IMG/VR virus record: IMGVR_UViG_3300035670_011224
Span: 1 to 64,000 of that record
Strand: one strand, 5' to 3'
DNA from: a virus
DNA: 64,000 nt
Below the pieces are notes generated by a model. That model had not been told where the DNA came from, searched no databases, and was given only the letters and a program-made list of their open reading frames with translations. Position 1 is the stretch's first letter, and every line of letters begins with the position of its first letter. This document shows positions 41,686 through 51,723 of the stretch, in pieces. Made by a program: the position numbers and the translations under genes.

Positions 41686-41688
41686 AAA

Positions 41689-42417
41689 TTATTTCCATTC
41701 GTTAGAGTAGCCTAAAATATCTTGTGGTATACTATCAATATTTTGTTGGTATTTTGATAATAATCTTATTATATCAACAGCGCTCTCGTGTGTCAAACTA
41801 TAAATATTCTTAGTTTCCATATTATTTTGTTCTAATAATTTGACAACATTAATATTTAATCTCTGAGCTAAAACATCTATGAAATTAATTTGTTGATTAC
41901 TAATCTTATTTACTGTGTTTTGATCAGGATGATCTTCTATATCTTTTGATAGCTCTTCGGCTGCTACTACTTTGCGTAATCTTAATGCTCTTCTTAAGGC
42001 TCTTCCTTCTGCTCTAGTTTCCGCAACTGCCACTGGATGATTGCGGTATATTTTGTCGCAGTTGCCCCAATAAACGTCTGCGGAGCCGTCCACAGACACA
42101 ATATTTAAACCGTTTAAGTCCTGAACGGTTGGATTTAAACAGTACGCTAGAGAGTGTATAACTGTTGCTCTTTTTTCATTTTCTGGACTAGGAGATTGAA
42201 CAACCGAGCTTGTTGACGATATTAATCTACAATTTAGTACAGTTTCGAAAATACGTCTTAAACCATCAGTTGTTGGATTACCAGCAATCTTTTCGTCATC
42301 CGATAAAAGTCCAAGAACATAATCTGTCCAATCTAAGTCAGCAATAGTTGGAATTTTCTTTTCAACGATATTATCTTCAGTAGTCTCAATCGTTTCGTTC
42401 TTATCTTTTTTAGCCAT
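41689..42417 (-). CDS. Rad52/Sak-like single-strand annealing protein
   Basis: G.AD...AVAETRAEGRALRRAL motif plus a short C-terminal helical domain (ISNQQINFI...LT...A..II). Confidence 0.6.
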   Translation of the reverse strand: MAKKDKNETIETTEDNIVEKKIPTIADLDWTDYVLGLLSDDEKIAGNPTTDGLRRIFETVLNCRLISSTSSVVQSPSPENEKRATVIHSLAYCLNPTVQDLNGLNIVSVDGSADVYWGNCDKIYRNHPVAVAETRAEGRALRRALRLRKVVAAEELSKDIEDHPDQNTVNKISNQQINFIDVLAQRLNINVVKLLEQNNMETKNIYSLTHESAVDIIRLLSKYQQNIDSIPQDILGYSNEWK

Positions 42418-43222
42418 TGGTGTCCTTTATAGTAAATTTCTGTTGCCCAGAAATAAGGTTGGAATGATTTGTTTTTATAATTTGGAGTATTTGATCATAA
42501 ATTAAGAAGGCGCGAGCATCAGAATAATCTTTGGTTTGTATGATCCTCAATAAATTCCATCCTTTACCAATTATTAGTCCTTCTTTTTTATTATCGTAAT
42601 TTTTATTTCTTTTTAATGATTCTTGGCCCCAAACAGGGGTGAAGTGAGACGGACCATCGACCTCTATCGCTAGGTTTATACTAGGAACGAACAGATCAAT
42701 CTGCAACCTCGTATTCACCAGAGTTTGTTCTTTATGAAATTCTACTTTATATCCGTCGTTTAATAGTCTTTTATGTAGATATTTTTCTAGTTTTGATCCC
42801 ACTTTACTAGTGGCTCTGACCGCGGTATTAGCAGATTTAAGGATGTTCTCTTTTGTATTATCGTCTAAGTTTTCCCAATTTTGTTTAGCTTGAAGTTTTC
42901 TTTTTTGTATTTCATCATCTTCTAGATTTTCCCATGCATTCAATACGCCCATACCTATCTTTTGTTTTGTGTCTTGAGATCTTTCTTTACCTTTTGTCGG
43001 ATGTGAGTGTTTACCAGTTTTTAGAGCATTTTTTTGAGCTTCGCTTTTATCTCGTATTTTAATATTTAATTTTTTAGCATCCCTCCTTATTCTATTAGCG
43101 TACGTATCATACATAACAGCTATATCTGCAAAACTTTTTCCCTGTTCAGAATATAGGGACAGAATTAAGTCTTTTTTGTCTTGGTCAGACAAATTATCAT
43201 AAGATGTGTTGTATTTTTTCAT
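42410..43222 (-). CDS. DUF559/Vsr-like endonuclease with N-terminal HTH and NUMOD3-like segment (possible free-standing homing endonuclease)
   Basis: SFADIA...ANRIRR HTH, KGKERSQDTKQKI, and IDLF...LAIEVDGPSH...GWNLLRI. Confidence 0.7.
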   Translation of the reverse strand: MKKYNTSYDNLSDQDKKDLILSLYSEQGKSFADIAVMYDTYANRIRRDAKKLNIKIRDKSEAQKNALKTGKHSHPTKGKERSQDTKQKIGMGVLNAWENLEDDEIQKRKLQAKQNWENLDDNTKENILKSANTAVRATSKVGSKLEKYLHKRLLNDGYKVEFHKEQTLVNTRLQIDLFVPSINLAIEVDGPSHFTPVWGQESLKRNKNYDNKKEGLIIGKGWNLLRIIQTKDYSDARAFLIYDQILQIIKTNHSNLISGQQKFTIKDTNG

Positions 43223-43655
43223 AATCGAAATGCTCCATAGTATCTAATGGTTTTTTCCAACATATTTCATATATATCATATAGGTATTTGTTTGTTGTTA
43301 CAAAATCCAACTTATTATCATAAATTTTTGACCATTCGCTATAAAAATTTTCTCTATTTTTAATCCAAGGCATATCATTACAATATAGTACCTTTTTATC
43401 AATATTTGTAAAGTTTTTGCTAACTATAATTCCTATAAGATCGAACAGCCATAAATCTCCACTAAAAAATTTTGCATGACTTAGATGAAGAATTGGTATG
43501 TTATATGTTATGATTTTATCACAAGTACTATTAAATATTACTATATTTTTATAGGGATTATTTTTTATTAATAGAGAAATTTGCTTTAATATACTATCAT
43601 AGTAGTCTGTATTCTCTATCGTCGTAAGAAGAAAACCTAGGTTATTTTTTATCAC
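43197..43655 (-). CDS. Hypothetical protein, possible glycosyltransferase-like N-terminal fragment
   Basis: 152-aa ORF overlapping its neighbours in the GT-like cluster. Confidence 0.45.
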   Translation of the reverse strand: MIKNNLGFLLTTIENTDYYDSILKQISLLIKNNPYKNIVIFNSTCDKIITYNIPILHLSHAKFFSGDLWLFDLIGIIVSKNFTNIDKKVLYCNDMPWIKNRENFYSEWSKIYDNKLDFVTTNKYLYDIYEICWKKPLDTMEHFDYEKIQHIL

Positions 43656-44358
43656 TTAACAACACCTTTAAAAAATTAGAATACGATTGAAAATTTTTGC
43701 TGCTCTTAAATTTTTTGGGTTCTAATGACACAAGATCCTCCACTGTCAAAACTTTTGATCCACATGCCCAAGCTTCCGGAACATAGTCTTCTTCTAGTGC
43801 TAAATAGTATTCTGATTGTTGCAACAAAGACGCTTTATCTTTTTCGAGAAGCAATCCAAGGTTTTGTGGATGAATAATATTTTTGTTGTTAAATAATTTA
43901 ATCGGAAGATTTGAAACGGGATAAAGGAATTGGTTTAATTCCATTGGCATGGACTCCATAGAGTCTAAGAAACTTATGATCTGATAATTCTTTTGCACAG
44001 AACTATCCATATAAAAAATTTCATTATTCACTAATTTTGGTATAGATATAATTTTGTTTTTGGATTCATTTTTTTCTTTTTGTATTACTGCTCTGATATT
44101 TTTATTATAGGGTATATTTGAATGTGTATCATTGTATATAAAAATATTTACATCTTTACTAAATTCTAAAATAAATTGATTGATTTCATTATTTAGTAAC
44201 GAAGCAATAAAAATACAATCTGTAAATTGATATTTATAGTATATTTTATATAGTTGATTATCAATATTTGTAACTAATTTAGAACAAAAATCTAGTGACG
44301 ATAAAGCTATGTTATTAATAAACTTATCATTCTTTTGTTGTACTAGTAGTTTTATCAT
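43642..44358 (-). CDS. Degenerate GT-B glycosyltransferase-like protein
   Basis: C-terminal YVPEAWACG echoes the GT4 EA.ACG motif. Confidence 0.5.
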   Translation of the reverse strand: MIKLLVQQKNDKFINNIALSSLDFCSKLVTNIDNQLYKIYYKYQFTDCIFIASLLNNEINQFILEFSKDVNIFIYNDTHSNIPYNKNIRAVIQKEKNESKNKIISIPKLVNNEIFYMDSSVQKNYQIISFLDSMESMPMELNQFLYPVSNLPIKLFNNKNIIHPQNLGLLLEKDKASLLQQSEYYLALEEDYVPEAWACGSKVLTVEDLVSLEPKKFKSSKNFQSYSNFLKVLLSDKK

Positions 44359-45023
44359 ATAAATACTTTAGCCTTGCTTAGATCTTTAGAATTATTTATT
44401 TTCATAACGTTATTTTTATTAAGATATATTTTTTCAAACTTGATATTATTCTGTAGTAGAAAATTTATGGTTTCGAACAGATACATTTGATCGAACATTC
44501 CCGTGTCTTGATTTACTAAAATATCAATTGCTTCACTATTTAAATAAACAATCTCGGCCCAGGGTTGTTCCATATCAAAAAATAGATACTCCAAGTTATT
44601 GGATATAGAAGAACCCACAGAAAAATTATGTTTAGGTTTATTTAGCATAAAAATTTTAGAATTATCTTGCAAATATGACTTGTGAATAGTCCCGTCTTTA
44701 AGTAAAAGTCCACTCGTAAATATTAATAAATTATTAGGTCTGTGTTTCTTAATATATAGAAGTAGATTATTGGCCTGATTAGTTAGTTCATATTTTTCGT
44801 TGATTAGATACTTTAAACTTCTATACCTATATAATTTAGACATAATATTTTCTGAATCAAATCCAATATTTATTGTAATAGATGCATTTCTAGATATTTT
44901 TTGAGCCTGCATAACTTGGTATTCTATAATACTTAGATTTTTTCTTAATGGAAGTAAACATTTGGAACCAACAGATTTCATCCCTTTTGTTATTTCTGGC
45001 GTAATAATAAGAATATCAATCAT
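44355..45023 (-). CDS. Sugar/choline-phosphate nucleotidyltransferase-like protein (degenerate)
   Basis: IDILII...GMKSVGSKCLL matches the NTP_transferase N-terminus but has no GxGxR. C-terminal KINNSKDL. Confidence 0.6.
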   Translation of the reverse strand: MIDILIITPEITKGMKSVGSKCLLPLRKNLSIIEYQVMQAQKISRNASITINIGFDSENIMSKLYRYRSLKYLINEKYELTNQANNLLLYIKKHRPNNLLIFTSGLLLKDGTIHKSYLQDNSKIFMLNKPKHNFSVGSSISNNLEYLFFDMEQPWAEIVYLNSEAIDILVNQDTGMFDQMYLFETINFLLQNNIKFEKIYLNKNNVMKINNSKDLSKAKVFI

Positions 45024-45744
45024 AATTTATAGTTAATACATTAGGACTATTTTCTATTAAATAATCATTTTTAGATGATAAGTTTATATAGTTATTCATA
45101 TTAATAAATATACCATAAAACTGAGAGTCTATAGATGAACACTTATAATAGTGAGCTGGTTTTTGTTCTACATTAATTATATAGTTAATATTTTGAATAC
45201 TATCATTTTCTACAACTTTAGTTAAACTATCATAATTTAATAACCATATAAGATTACCAACTTTATTTTTATTGGTCTCCAAAGCAATATGCAAAGATCT
45301 TGGCCCAGAAATGTTCTCTAAAAAATTATGTACTTTATAATCTATATCAAATTTTAGATTAGATTTCAATAAGTCATATAGTTTATTACCATCGGCATAA
45401 CAAATAATAGTTATATATGACGGTTTGATAGATAGTCTATTTATAGAATCTACACATGATTCGAAACTGTCTTCCGTTTCTACTATTAGTCCAATCGAAT
45501 ATTTTACTATATTTTGTTGTTTAACATATTCTTGCATATCCAAAGAACTTAGTTTATCAATATGCTCATTATATATTTTTTTACTAAAACCATATCTACA
45601 ATTATAGTTTTTAATTATATTATATCCCTGATAGGTTTCTATATTTTTATATTCTTGAACAATATTTGGTATATTAAATACACATGGTTTATCTGAGGTT
45701 GTTGGTTGTGCAAAATAGCAGTCCTTGCATATGGTGTTGATCAT
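45016..45744 (-). CDS. Cys-rich N-terminus plus degenerate GT-A (GT2)-like domain
   Basis: CKDC...C...C followed by YSIGLIV...CVDSI...KPSYITII. Confidence 0.4.
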   Translation of the reverse strand: MINTICKDCYFAQPTTSDKPCVFNIPNIVQEYKNIETYQGYNIIKNYNCRYGFSKKIYNEHIDKLSSLDMQEYVKQQNIVKYSIGLIVETEDSFESCVDSINRLSIKPSYITIICYADGNKLYDLLKSNLKFDIDYKVHNFLENISGPRSLHIALETNKNKVGNLIWLLNYDSLTKVVENDSIQNINYIINVEQKPAHYYKCSSIDSQFYGIFINMNNYINLSSKNDYLIENSPNVLTINYD

Positions 45745-46148
45745 AGTTCTTTTCTCTCGAAAACGATGGTTATAAAAGTGTTGGTAATATCTAAATCGAT
45801 CATATCAAATAATGCAAAATCCATAAAAGTATATAATGATTCGACTGAAATAAGGCTCTGCTTATTTGCAAAGAAATTGAGAAAACTATCATTGGATATA
45901 GCGCTCTTTATGTATTGTTGAGCTATGCTTTTGGCATTGCTTATAATGATACTCAACCTACCACTCTGTCTAAGTTTCTCCAAAAGAATCCTAATAATAA
46001 CCTGATGATCGCTTTCTTTAAGATATTCTAATATATCTATTGTTATAGAATCACAAGAATGATTAACTATAGAATTTAGATTATTTATATGTACATGAGA
46101 ACTGTCTTCTTTTGATGGATCTATCACTATGGTTATATTACGTTTCAT
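45741..46148 (-). CDS. Degenerate class I SAM-methyltransferase-like protein
   Basis: SCDSI...ILEYL...LLEKLRQSGRLSI resembles Methyltransf_11 motifs. No Gly-rich SAM loop. Confidence 0.5.
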   Translation of the reverse strand: MKRNITIVIDPSKEDSSHVHINNLNSIVNHSCDSITIDILEYLKESDHQVIIRILLEKLRQSGRLSIIISNAKSIAQQYIKSAISNDSFLNFFANKQSLISVESLYTFMDFALFDMIDLDITNTFITIVFERKEL

Positions 46149-46992
46149 ATTTAAATACTCTTTGTGAAATTTTAGAATATAAATCTGTCATATTACTATA
46201 AAATGTGTTTAATGAATAATGTTCTGTTATATAATTTTTACTTGATTCTATTATGTGTTGTAAATTATCCCAATTATTAAGAGTATTATTAATATCATTA
46301 ATAATAGAATTATAATTATCTATATAGGATATATTAGATATATTTTTATCTATTAGTAAAGATGATGAGAACACCCATGTTCCGCAAGATGCGCTTAGAA
46401 TTGTATCATATATATTATGAGGGCTAATACAAATCTTATAAAAAGATATGTTTTTAATTGGATCGCTATTACTATTCGTAATCAGATCACAATTAATGTA
46501 ATTATTTATATGTTGGTATAATCTATTGATTCCATCATTATTTTCAAAATTTAAAATACATACGTTTTTTTCTTTAGATACTATATCCGATTTTGGAACA
46601 CCATAAGACATAGTGAGAGTTTCGTTTGTGTCTGGTAGCGCCCAAAGAGATCTTATCTTATCGTTAAAAAATACCCTATAAGTATTATCTAGTTTTTTAT
46701 GTAGTATAATACGATCTTCTTTTTTAAGATGTGTCGGTGGGCTATCCATAAACAATATGAGCGTGTTAACATGGTATGCCAATGATAACTTATTTATTAT
46801 TTGAGAATAATTTAGAGGATTATCAGCGATAATAAAAGAAAATGGTTGATTTGCTTCATAAATAAAGTTGGCATCCCTATGCTGCTCCAGAATATTGGAA
46901 AATAAATTCTTATTTCCAAGATAGTAAACAGTACTGTGTTTTCTGTTTAATGTATTGACAATAATATTTGTGATATCTAAATTATTGAGCAT
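46138..46992 (-). CDS. Degenerate GT-B glycosyltransferase-like protein
   Basis: Two-domain layout with SASCG in place of EA.ACG and a GT4-like terminal helix (KNYITEHYS...F). Confidence 0.5.
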   Translation of the reverse strand: MLNNLDITNIIVNTLNRKHSTVYYLGNKNLFSNILEQHRDANFIYEANQPFSFIIADNPLNYSQIINKLSLAYHVNTLILFMDSPPTHLKKEDRIILHKKLDNTYRVFFNDKIRSLWALPDTNETLTMSYGVPKSDIVSKEKNVCILNFENNDGINRLYQHINNYINCDLITNSNSDPIKNISFYKICISPHNIYDTILSASCGTWVFSSSLLIDKNISNISYIDNYNSIINDINNTLNNWDNLQHIIESSKNYITEHYSLNTFYSNMTDLYSKISQRVFKYET

Positions 46993-47956
46993 GAGTTTCT
47001 AGTATTTCTTGAATATTATCTTTGGGAATTATATTAGTATATGTAATATCTTTTATATTAGAATCGTTTAAGCTAGATACACTTCCGTTCTTATTAAGAT
47101 CAAGTTGATTCCACCAAATATGATTATTAACAGATATATTAATGATGGGTCTATTTAATTTATTAGCAAATAGCATTTGAATATTATCGCTTAATGAAAG
47201 AAAAACATCCCCAGTATTATGTGCTGTGATTACATTAGAAATAGTATTATCTATTGGAACAATAACTATATTAGTAATACTATAATTAATTTCAAATAAA
47301 TTATACATATCTTTTATATATTTATTATATGTCTCTAGCGTTTGCTGAGATATATTACATATATACAAAATTAAACAAGTATTGCTATTGTCCTCGAAAG
47401 TTTTTATGAAATTGATAATAACATCTTTAACAATATATTCTGGTAAATTATCAATAATAGTATAATATTTTTTATATTTTGAATATATTCCTAAGTTATA
47501 TTTACCTATATTATTTTGTGAATAAAATCTATGATTTATTGTATATGTTAGTTCTTTTTTATTTTTAATATCAATATTATCTAGTATGAATTTAGTAGTA
47601 TTATTACTATACAAATAATTTATTTTTTCATCTAATATAGCATATTTTTGTTTTTGCTCATAAGATGGCATTATATTATGTGTTATTGGCCAAAATATAT
47701 GATATGGTATTTTTGATGTATAACAGTAATTCAAAATCGAGACATTCTGTATAATAACATCAAATGAATTTATCTGTTTATTTTCTGTTATTTCTAATAT
47801 ATCTGTAAATTTTTTATCTTTTATTGTTTTTGTTCCATCGAATACTGGTCTGCTAACTACATCTAATCCCATATCATGTAAATTACATAGTAAATTTATA
47901 GATTCGTATCCTATACTATTTGATAATCTATATGGTGCAATATATAATATTTTCAT
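46982..47956 (-). CDS. Degenerate GT4-like glycosyltransferase
   Basis: MKILYIAPY...GY N-terminus and AHNTGDVFLS, but no EGFG.P..EA after it. Confidence 0.55.
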   Translation of the reverse strand: MKILYIAPYRLSNSIGYESINLLCNLHDMGLDVVSRPVFDGTKTIKDKKFTDILEITENKQINSFDVIIQNVSILNYCYTSKIPYHIFWPITHNIMPSYEQKQKYAILDEKINYLYSNNTTKFILDNIDIKNKKELTYTINHRFYSQNNIGKYNLGIYSKYKKYYTIIDNLPEYIVKDVIINFIKTFEDNSNTCLILYICNISQQTLETYNKYIKDMYNLFEINYSITNIVIVPIDNTISNVITAHNTGDVFLSLSDNIQMLFANKLNRPIINISVNNHIWWNQLDLNKNGSVSSLNDSNIKDITYTNIIPKDNIQEILETHAQ

Positions 47957-49605
47957 GTGTTATTTTTTAGATGTGCGTATTGAATAAAGTCTTCTTCGAA
48001 TTTATGATTTGTTTTTCTTATATCTTCGGACCTATTATTGTTATCTATCATAACATTTATATAATCATATATATTATTAATATCATATGCGGATATTTGG
48101 GTTGGAGAATTATAGCTAAATCCATAATCAGCGTTTTGTAGCATATTCAAAAATTTAAATGAAGATAATAAATCTGCATTTCTTACATAATTATTACAAA
48201 GATTTGCTAATACGCTAAAATTATTTTTATTACCATCTGACTGGGTTTTATCGGCTTTATTTAAGATAGTTAACGGTACGTTCCAGTCTGCTCTATATTC
48301 CAGATTATCAAAATAGTTTTCCCATACTTTTGATATATCATCCCAATTATAATATTTTTCTGTTAGTTGTCTTATTTTTAATCTTTCTGTATTTCTAATC
48401 GGTATTGGTTTGGCCATTTGCTTGAGTATAATACCAATTAGATCTTTGTTATTTGGATATACACGAATTGCTTTTGTTTCTAACTCTTTGAAATAAGAAC
48501 TAGGATTAACTTTGAATGCTTGTAATTTTTCTATAATGTCAACCATTGCACTATAATCTACGGTAGCAATAGGTATCCCACACGCGCCTGCTTCAACTTG
48601 TGGCATACCAAAACCTTCACAAATAGCATATTGTACATAAAGATCGAATAGATTGTATATTTCACTTAATTGAGTATCTGAAACACCATTTGATACAGAT
48701 GGAAACTGACAGGTTTTATTTAAGCATTTTGAACACACTTTTAATGGGCCACTAAAAACACAAGCCTCAGTATTCTGACAAGTTTTGCATAGGTATGTAA
48801 ATAGGACATGATTGGATACTTGGTATTGGCTAAGTAATTCCGGTATATCCCAGCCCATGTCCGGATATGTGGTATGTAGATATAGGTAAATTTTTTGATT
48901 AGTCTTTTGTATTTCGGGCAAGGAGATTATCTGTTTAAGGCTATATAAAAGTTCTGGTATTAGTTTGCGTTTCTGATTTCTCATCACGGAACCAAACACA
49001 AAAGCTTCTTGTGGTATATTGAATTTTTGACGTAGTAGATTTTTATCTTTGATAGAAAAAATATCTAAATTTACACCTGGGCTGGTTGTTGCTATGTACT
49101 TGATTTTATTATTAGTTTGTTCTTTTAGAACTTTTGCCCCCCAATCACTATATGTAAAAATGGCATCTGTTGATAGAAATACGTCTACCCACTCTTCTTG
49201 TTGTGGAGCAGAATCTACTGTGGGCATAAGGATATGATGAAAATAAGATCTTAAAGGAGATAAGGTTTGGTAACCGCTCATCCAAAAATCTCTTACGTCA
49301 ACAACAACATCCGGCTTAAAGTCTAATAGAACTTTCTCAAATCTCCACCTTCCAAATTGATTATCTGTCCTAGACATGTATTCCTTATATCTAGGATCAT
49401 TATCCCTCACAGCATTTGCATAATAAATCCAGTCTATATTTTTATCTCTCGGATCATTGACCATACCATAGGAAGCAAATTCTGCAACAACGTATTTGTT
49501 AGTTTTATGCCATCTGGATAAAATCTCGTAAGCATATTTACCAAAACCAGAATTTATGAAGCTGGCTTCGGAGCACATCAATATTTTTAGTTTAGATTTT
49601 GCCAT
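47953..49605 (-). CDS. GT4 family glycosyltransferase with a Zn-ribbon insertion
   Basis: KILM...SGFG, RNQKRK, DLYVQY..CEGFGMPQVEAGACG, and CKTC...CSKC insertion. Confidence 0.88.
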   Translation of the reverse strand: MAKSKLKILMCSEASFINSGFGKYAYEILSRWHKTNKYVVAEFASYGMVNDPRDKNIDWIYYANAVRDNDPRYKEYMSRTDNQFGRWRFEKVLLDFKPDVVVDVRDFWMSGYQTLSPLRSYFHHILMPTVDSAPQQEEWVDVFLSTDAIFTYSDWGAKVLKEQTNNKIKYIATTSPGVNLDIFSIKDKNLLRQKFNIPQEAFVFGSVMRNQKRKLIPELLYSLKQIISLPEIQKTNQKIYLYLHTTYPDMGWDIPELLSQYQVSNHVLFTYLCKTCQNTEACVFSGPLKVCSKCLNKTCQFPSVSNGVSDTQLSEIYNLFDLYVQYAICEGFGMPQVEAGACGIPIATVDYSAMVDIIEKLQAFKVNPSSYFKELETKAIRVYPNNKDLIGIILKQMAKPIPIRNTERLKIRQLTEKYYNWDDISKVWENYFDNLEYRADWNVPLTILNKADKTQSDGNKNNFSVLANLCNNYVRNADLLSSFKFLNMLQNADYGFSYNSPTQISAYDINNIYDYINVMIDNNNRSEDIRKTNHKFEEDFIQYAHLKNNT

Positions 49606-49611
49606 TATATA

Positions 49612-49648
49612 ATAGAATAAGGGGGATGTTTCACCCCCAATATTCTAT
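49612..49648 (-). terminator. Intrinsic terminator-like hairpin after ssb
   Basis: Minus strand ATAGAATATTGGGGGTGAAACATCCCCCTTATTCTAT: GGGGG/CCCCC stem, extendable by ATAGAATA/TATTCTAT, with a U-rich tail. Confidence 0.7.
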
Positions 49649-49670
49649 ATTCATTCCTCTTTGAGTCTTG

Positions 49671-50039
49671 TCAGAAAGCAACCGATTCTGATTCTTCTGC
49701 CTTTGATCTACTAAGCTTAGTGATCTTCGAAAAGTTATTAACTCTAACTTTTAGACTACTATGCTTAACTCCATCTTTTTCCCATGTGTCATTTCTAAGA
49801 GATCCTTCTACCATAACCAAATCTCCCTTTTTAAGGGATTCGGCAATAGTTTCTGCTCCGCTGTCCCATGCTTCGCAGTTAATGAAAGATGTAATTCTGT
49901 CTTTTTCTCCATTAGACTTTACATAGTCTCTATTAACAGCAATAGTAAAGTTTACTACGCTAGTTTGTTTTCCATTTGGATTAACAACTCTTAGCTCAGG
50001 ATCTCGTGCAAGATTACCCTTCAACAATGTGATATTCAT
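49671..50039 (-). CDS. ssb: Single-stranded DNA-binding protein
   Basis: LKGNLARDPELR...F.IAVNR...FINCEAW...KGDLVMVEGSL. ATG at 50039 with AGGAG 8 nt upstream. Confidence 0.95.
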   Translation of the reverse strand: MNITLLKGNLARDPELRVVNPNGKQTSVVNFTIAVNRDYVKSNGEKDRITSFINCEAWDSGAETIAESLKKGDLVMVEGSLRNDTWEKDGVKHSSLKVRVNNFSKITKLSRSKAEESESVAF

Positions 50040-50080
50040 TTTCAAAACTCCTAAAAGTAAAAACGCTACAACTATATAAC

Positions 50081-50108
50081 ATTATACCAAGCGGCAGCGT
50101 TTTGTCAA
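50081..50108 (-). promoter_or_regulatory. Consensus sigma70-type promoter for ssb
   Basis: Minus strand TTGACA-16 nt-TATAAT with extended -10 TG. The -35 overlaps the stop codon of the dnaE C-terminal piece. Confidence 0.85.
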
Positions 50109-51718
50109 GATCTTGGTATAAAACATTTTTCTACTATAAAAGAGTCTTTTTTAGGACTCTTATTGCCTAGAAATATTAGTACATTTCCTTCGAATAGATA
50201 GTTTCGATATTTAGACAATTGATCAGGAAATAGGATAACGGAATCCAAGGATGCGTATTGATCCTCTATTGTGACAAAAGCCATTTCTGCACCAGCATTT
50301 TTCCCATTCTTTGTCTTAACAAAATTTATATTACTAATTTCACCAGCTAAAATAATATTTTTAACATTATTGGTATGTTTAAACATTTTGCAATCACAGT
50401 TGGTCATACTAATGTCGTATGAGTCTATTTTAAAACAGGTAATAGACGCCCCAAGCAACGCATTTTCTGTGTCAGATAACCATTCTATTTTATCGTTTAG
50501 TGAGTATGGTGGATTTTTATATAGTTTAATCAAATTTTGTATATTAGTTTTTCGTTTGATATTAATCTTACTATTAGTCAGTAGATTTTCTAAAACTTGT
50601 CCTAGATATTTTTGGTTTATATCTAAAAGATCTAATTCTCTAGATGTTAATTCTGATATTATGTCATATTCAAATAACATTTGTGTGCGTGACATATGAT
50701 AATAATCAAGGGCTCCGCATGATATTAGTGCCTTAGCGGCTGTAGAGTTTATTTTATTGAGCAATTTTACTAAGCATCCATACCATGATATAGAATTAAG
50801 ATCAATATTTTTGACTATTTCCATAATCTTATCATATACCGAATAACCAACACCTTTTATATCTGTTAAACCAAAATAAATTTTATCATCGTTTATAGTA
50901 AAGTGTTTATTAAGTTTTCTTAAATCTGGAACGCAAACAGTAACATCCATTTCTGTCGCGTTTCTAATTAATTCCTTGATCTCTTTTTGGGGATCCATCT
51001 TGTCTTTTGCGAACTTTAAATATGATGCAAAAAATACTTTGGCAAAGTGTGCTTTTGCATATGCTGATGAATATGCATTCATAGCATAACTTACAGCGTG
51101 GCTCTTGTTAAAGCTATATCTTTGACTTTTTTCTATCCAACCAAAAATTTCTTCGCTCTCGTCTTCTGAGACAATATTAAGTTTTTTAACACCATCTTTG
51201 AATTTAACTTTGATTTTTGCCATTTCTTCTGGTTTCTTTTTGCCTATGGCCTTACGAAGCATATCGGCTTCTTGAAGATCGAACCCGGCCACCGCCTGAG
51301 CGATTTGCATGGCCTGTTCTTGATAAATCATCTCGCCATAGGTGGATTTTAATGAAGGCTCAAGAGAAGGATGGAAGTAGTCTAATTCTTCTAGACCATT
51401 TTTTTTATCTATATAATGATCACTGATGCTTTTGCCTTCCCTATATGCCTCTAATGATCCTGGTCGCATAATACTAATCAATGCAGAAAGTTGCTCTATA
51501 TTTTGTGGTTTAAGTTTTTTGGACATGCTAGAGCCTAGTCTGGATTCTAATTGGAAAACGCCTTTTGTGTTTCCTTGTGCTATCATATCCCATGTTTTGG
51601 AACATTCTAGATTCAGATTTTCTAGTTTGCCATCGAAATCTATTCTAGGAATACCATCCTGGGTATAGTCCAATACCTTAAATTTACAACCACAATCAAA
51701 CGTATAGTGATGATTCAT
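50105..51718 (-). CDS. dnaE: DNA polymerase III alpha, C-terminal piece (fingers, HhH, OB)
   Basis: GVFQLES, MRPG, YQEQ.MQIA, LRKAIGKK, YSFNKSHA, GLTDIKGVG, and MAFVTIED. Confidence 0.93.
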   Translation of the reverse strand: MNHHYTFDCGCKFKVLDYTQDGIPRIDFDGKLENLNLECSKTWDMIAQGNTKGVFQLESRLGSSMSKKLKPQNIEQLSALISIMRPGSLEAYREGKSISDHYIDKKNGLEELDYFHPSLEPSLKSTYGEMIYQEQAMQIAQAVAGFDLQEADMLRKAIGKKKPEEMAKIKVKFKDGVKKLNIVSEDESEEIFGWIEKSQRYSFNKSHAVSYAMNAYSSAYAKAHFAKVFFASYLKFAKDKMDPQKEIKELIRNATEMDVTVCVPDLRKLNKHFTINDDKIYFGLTDIKGVGYSVYDKIMEIVKNIDLNSISWYGCLVKLLNKINSTAAKALISCGALDYYHMSRTQMLFEYDIISELTSRELDLLDINQKYLGQVLENLLTNSKINIKRKTNIQNLIKLYKNPPYSLNDKIEWLSDTENALLGASITCFKIDSYDISMTNCDCKMFKHTNNVKNIILAGEISNINFVKTKNGKNAGAEMAFVTIEDQYASLDSVILFPDQLSKYRNYLFEGNVLIFLGNKSPKKDSFIVEKCFIPRS

Positions 51719-51723
51719 AAATA

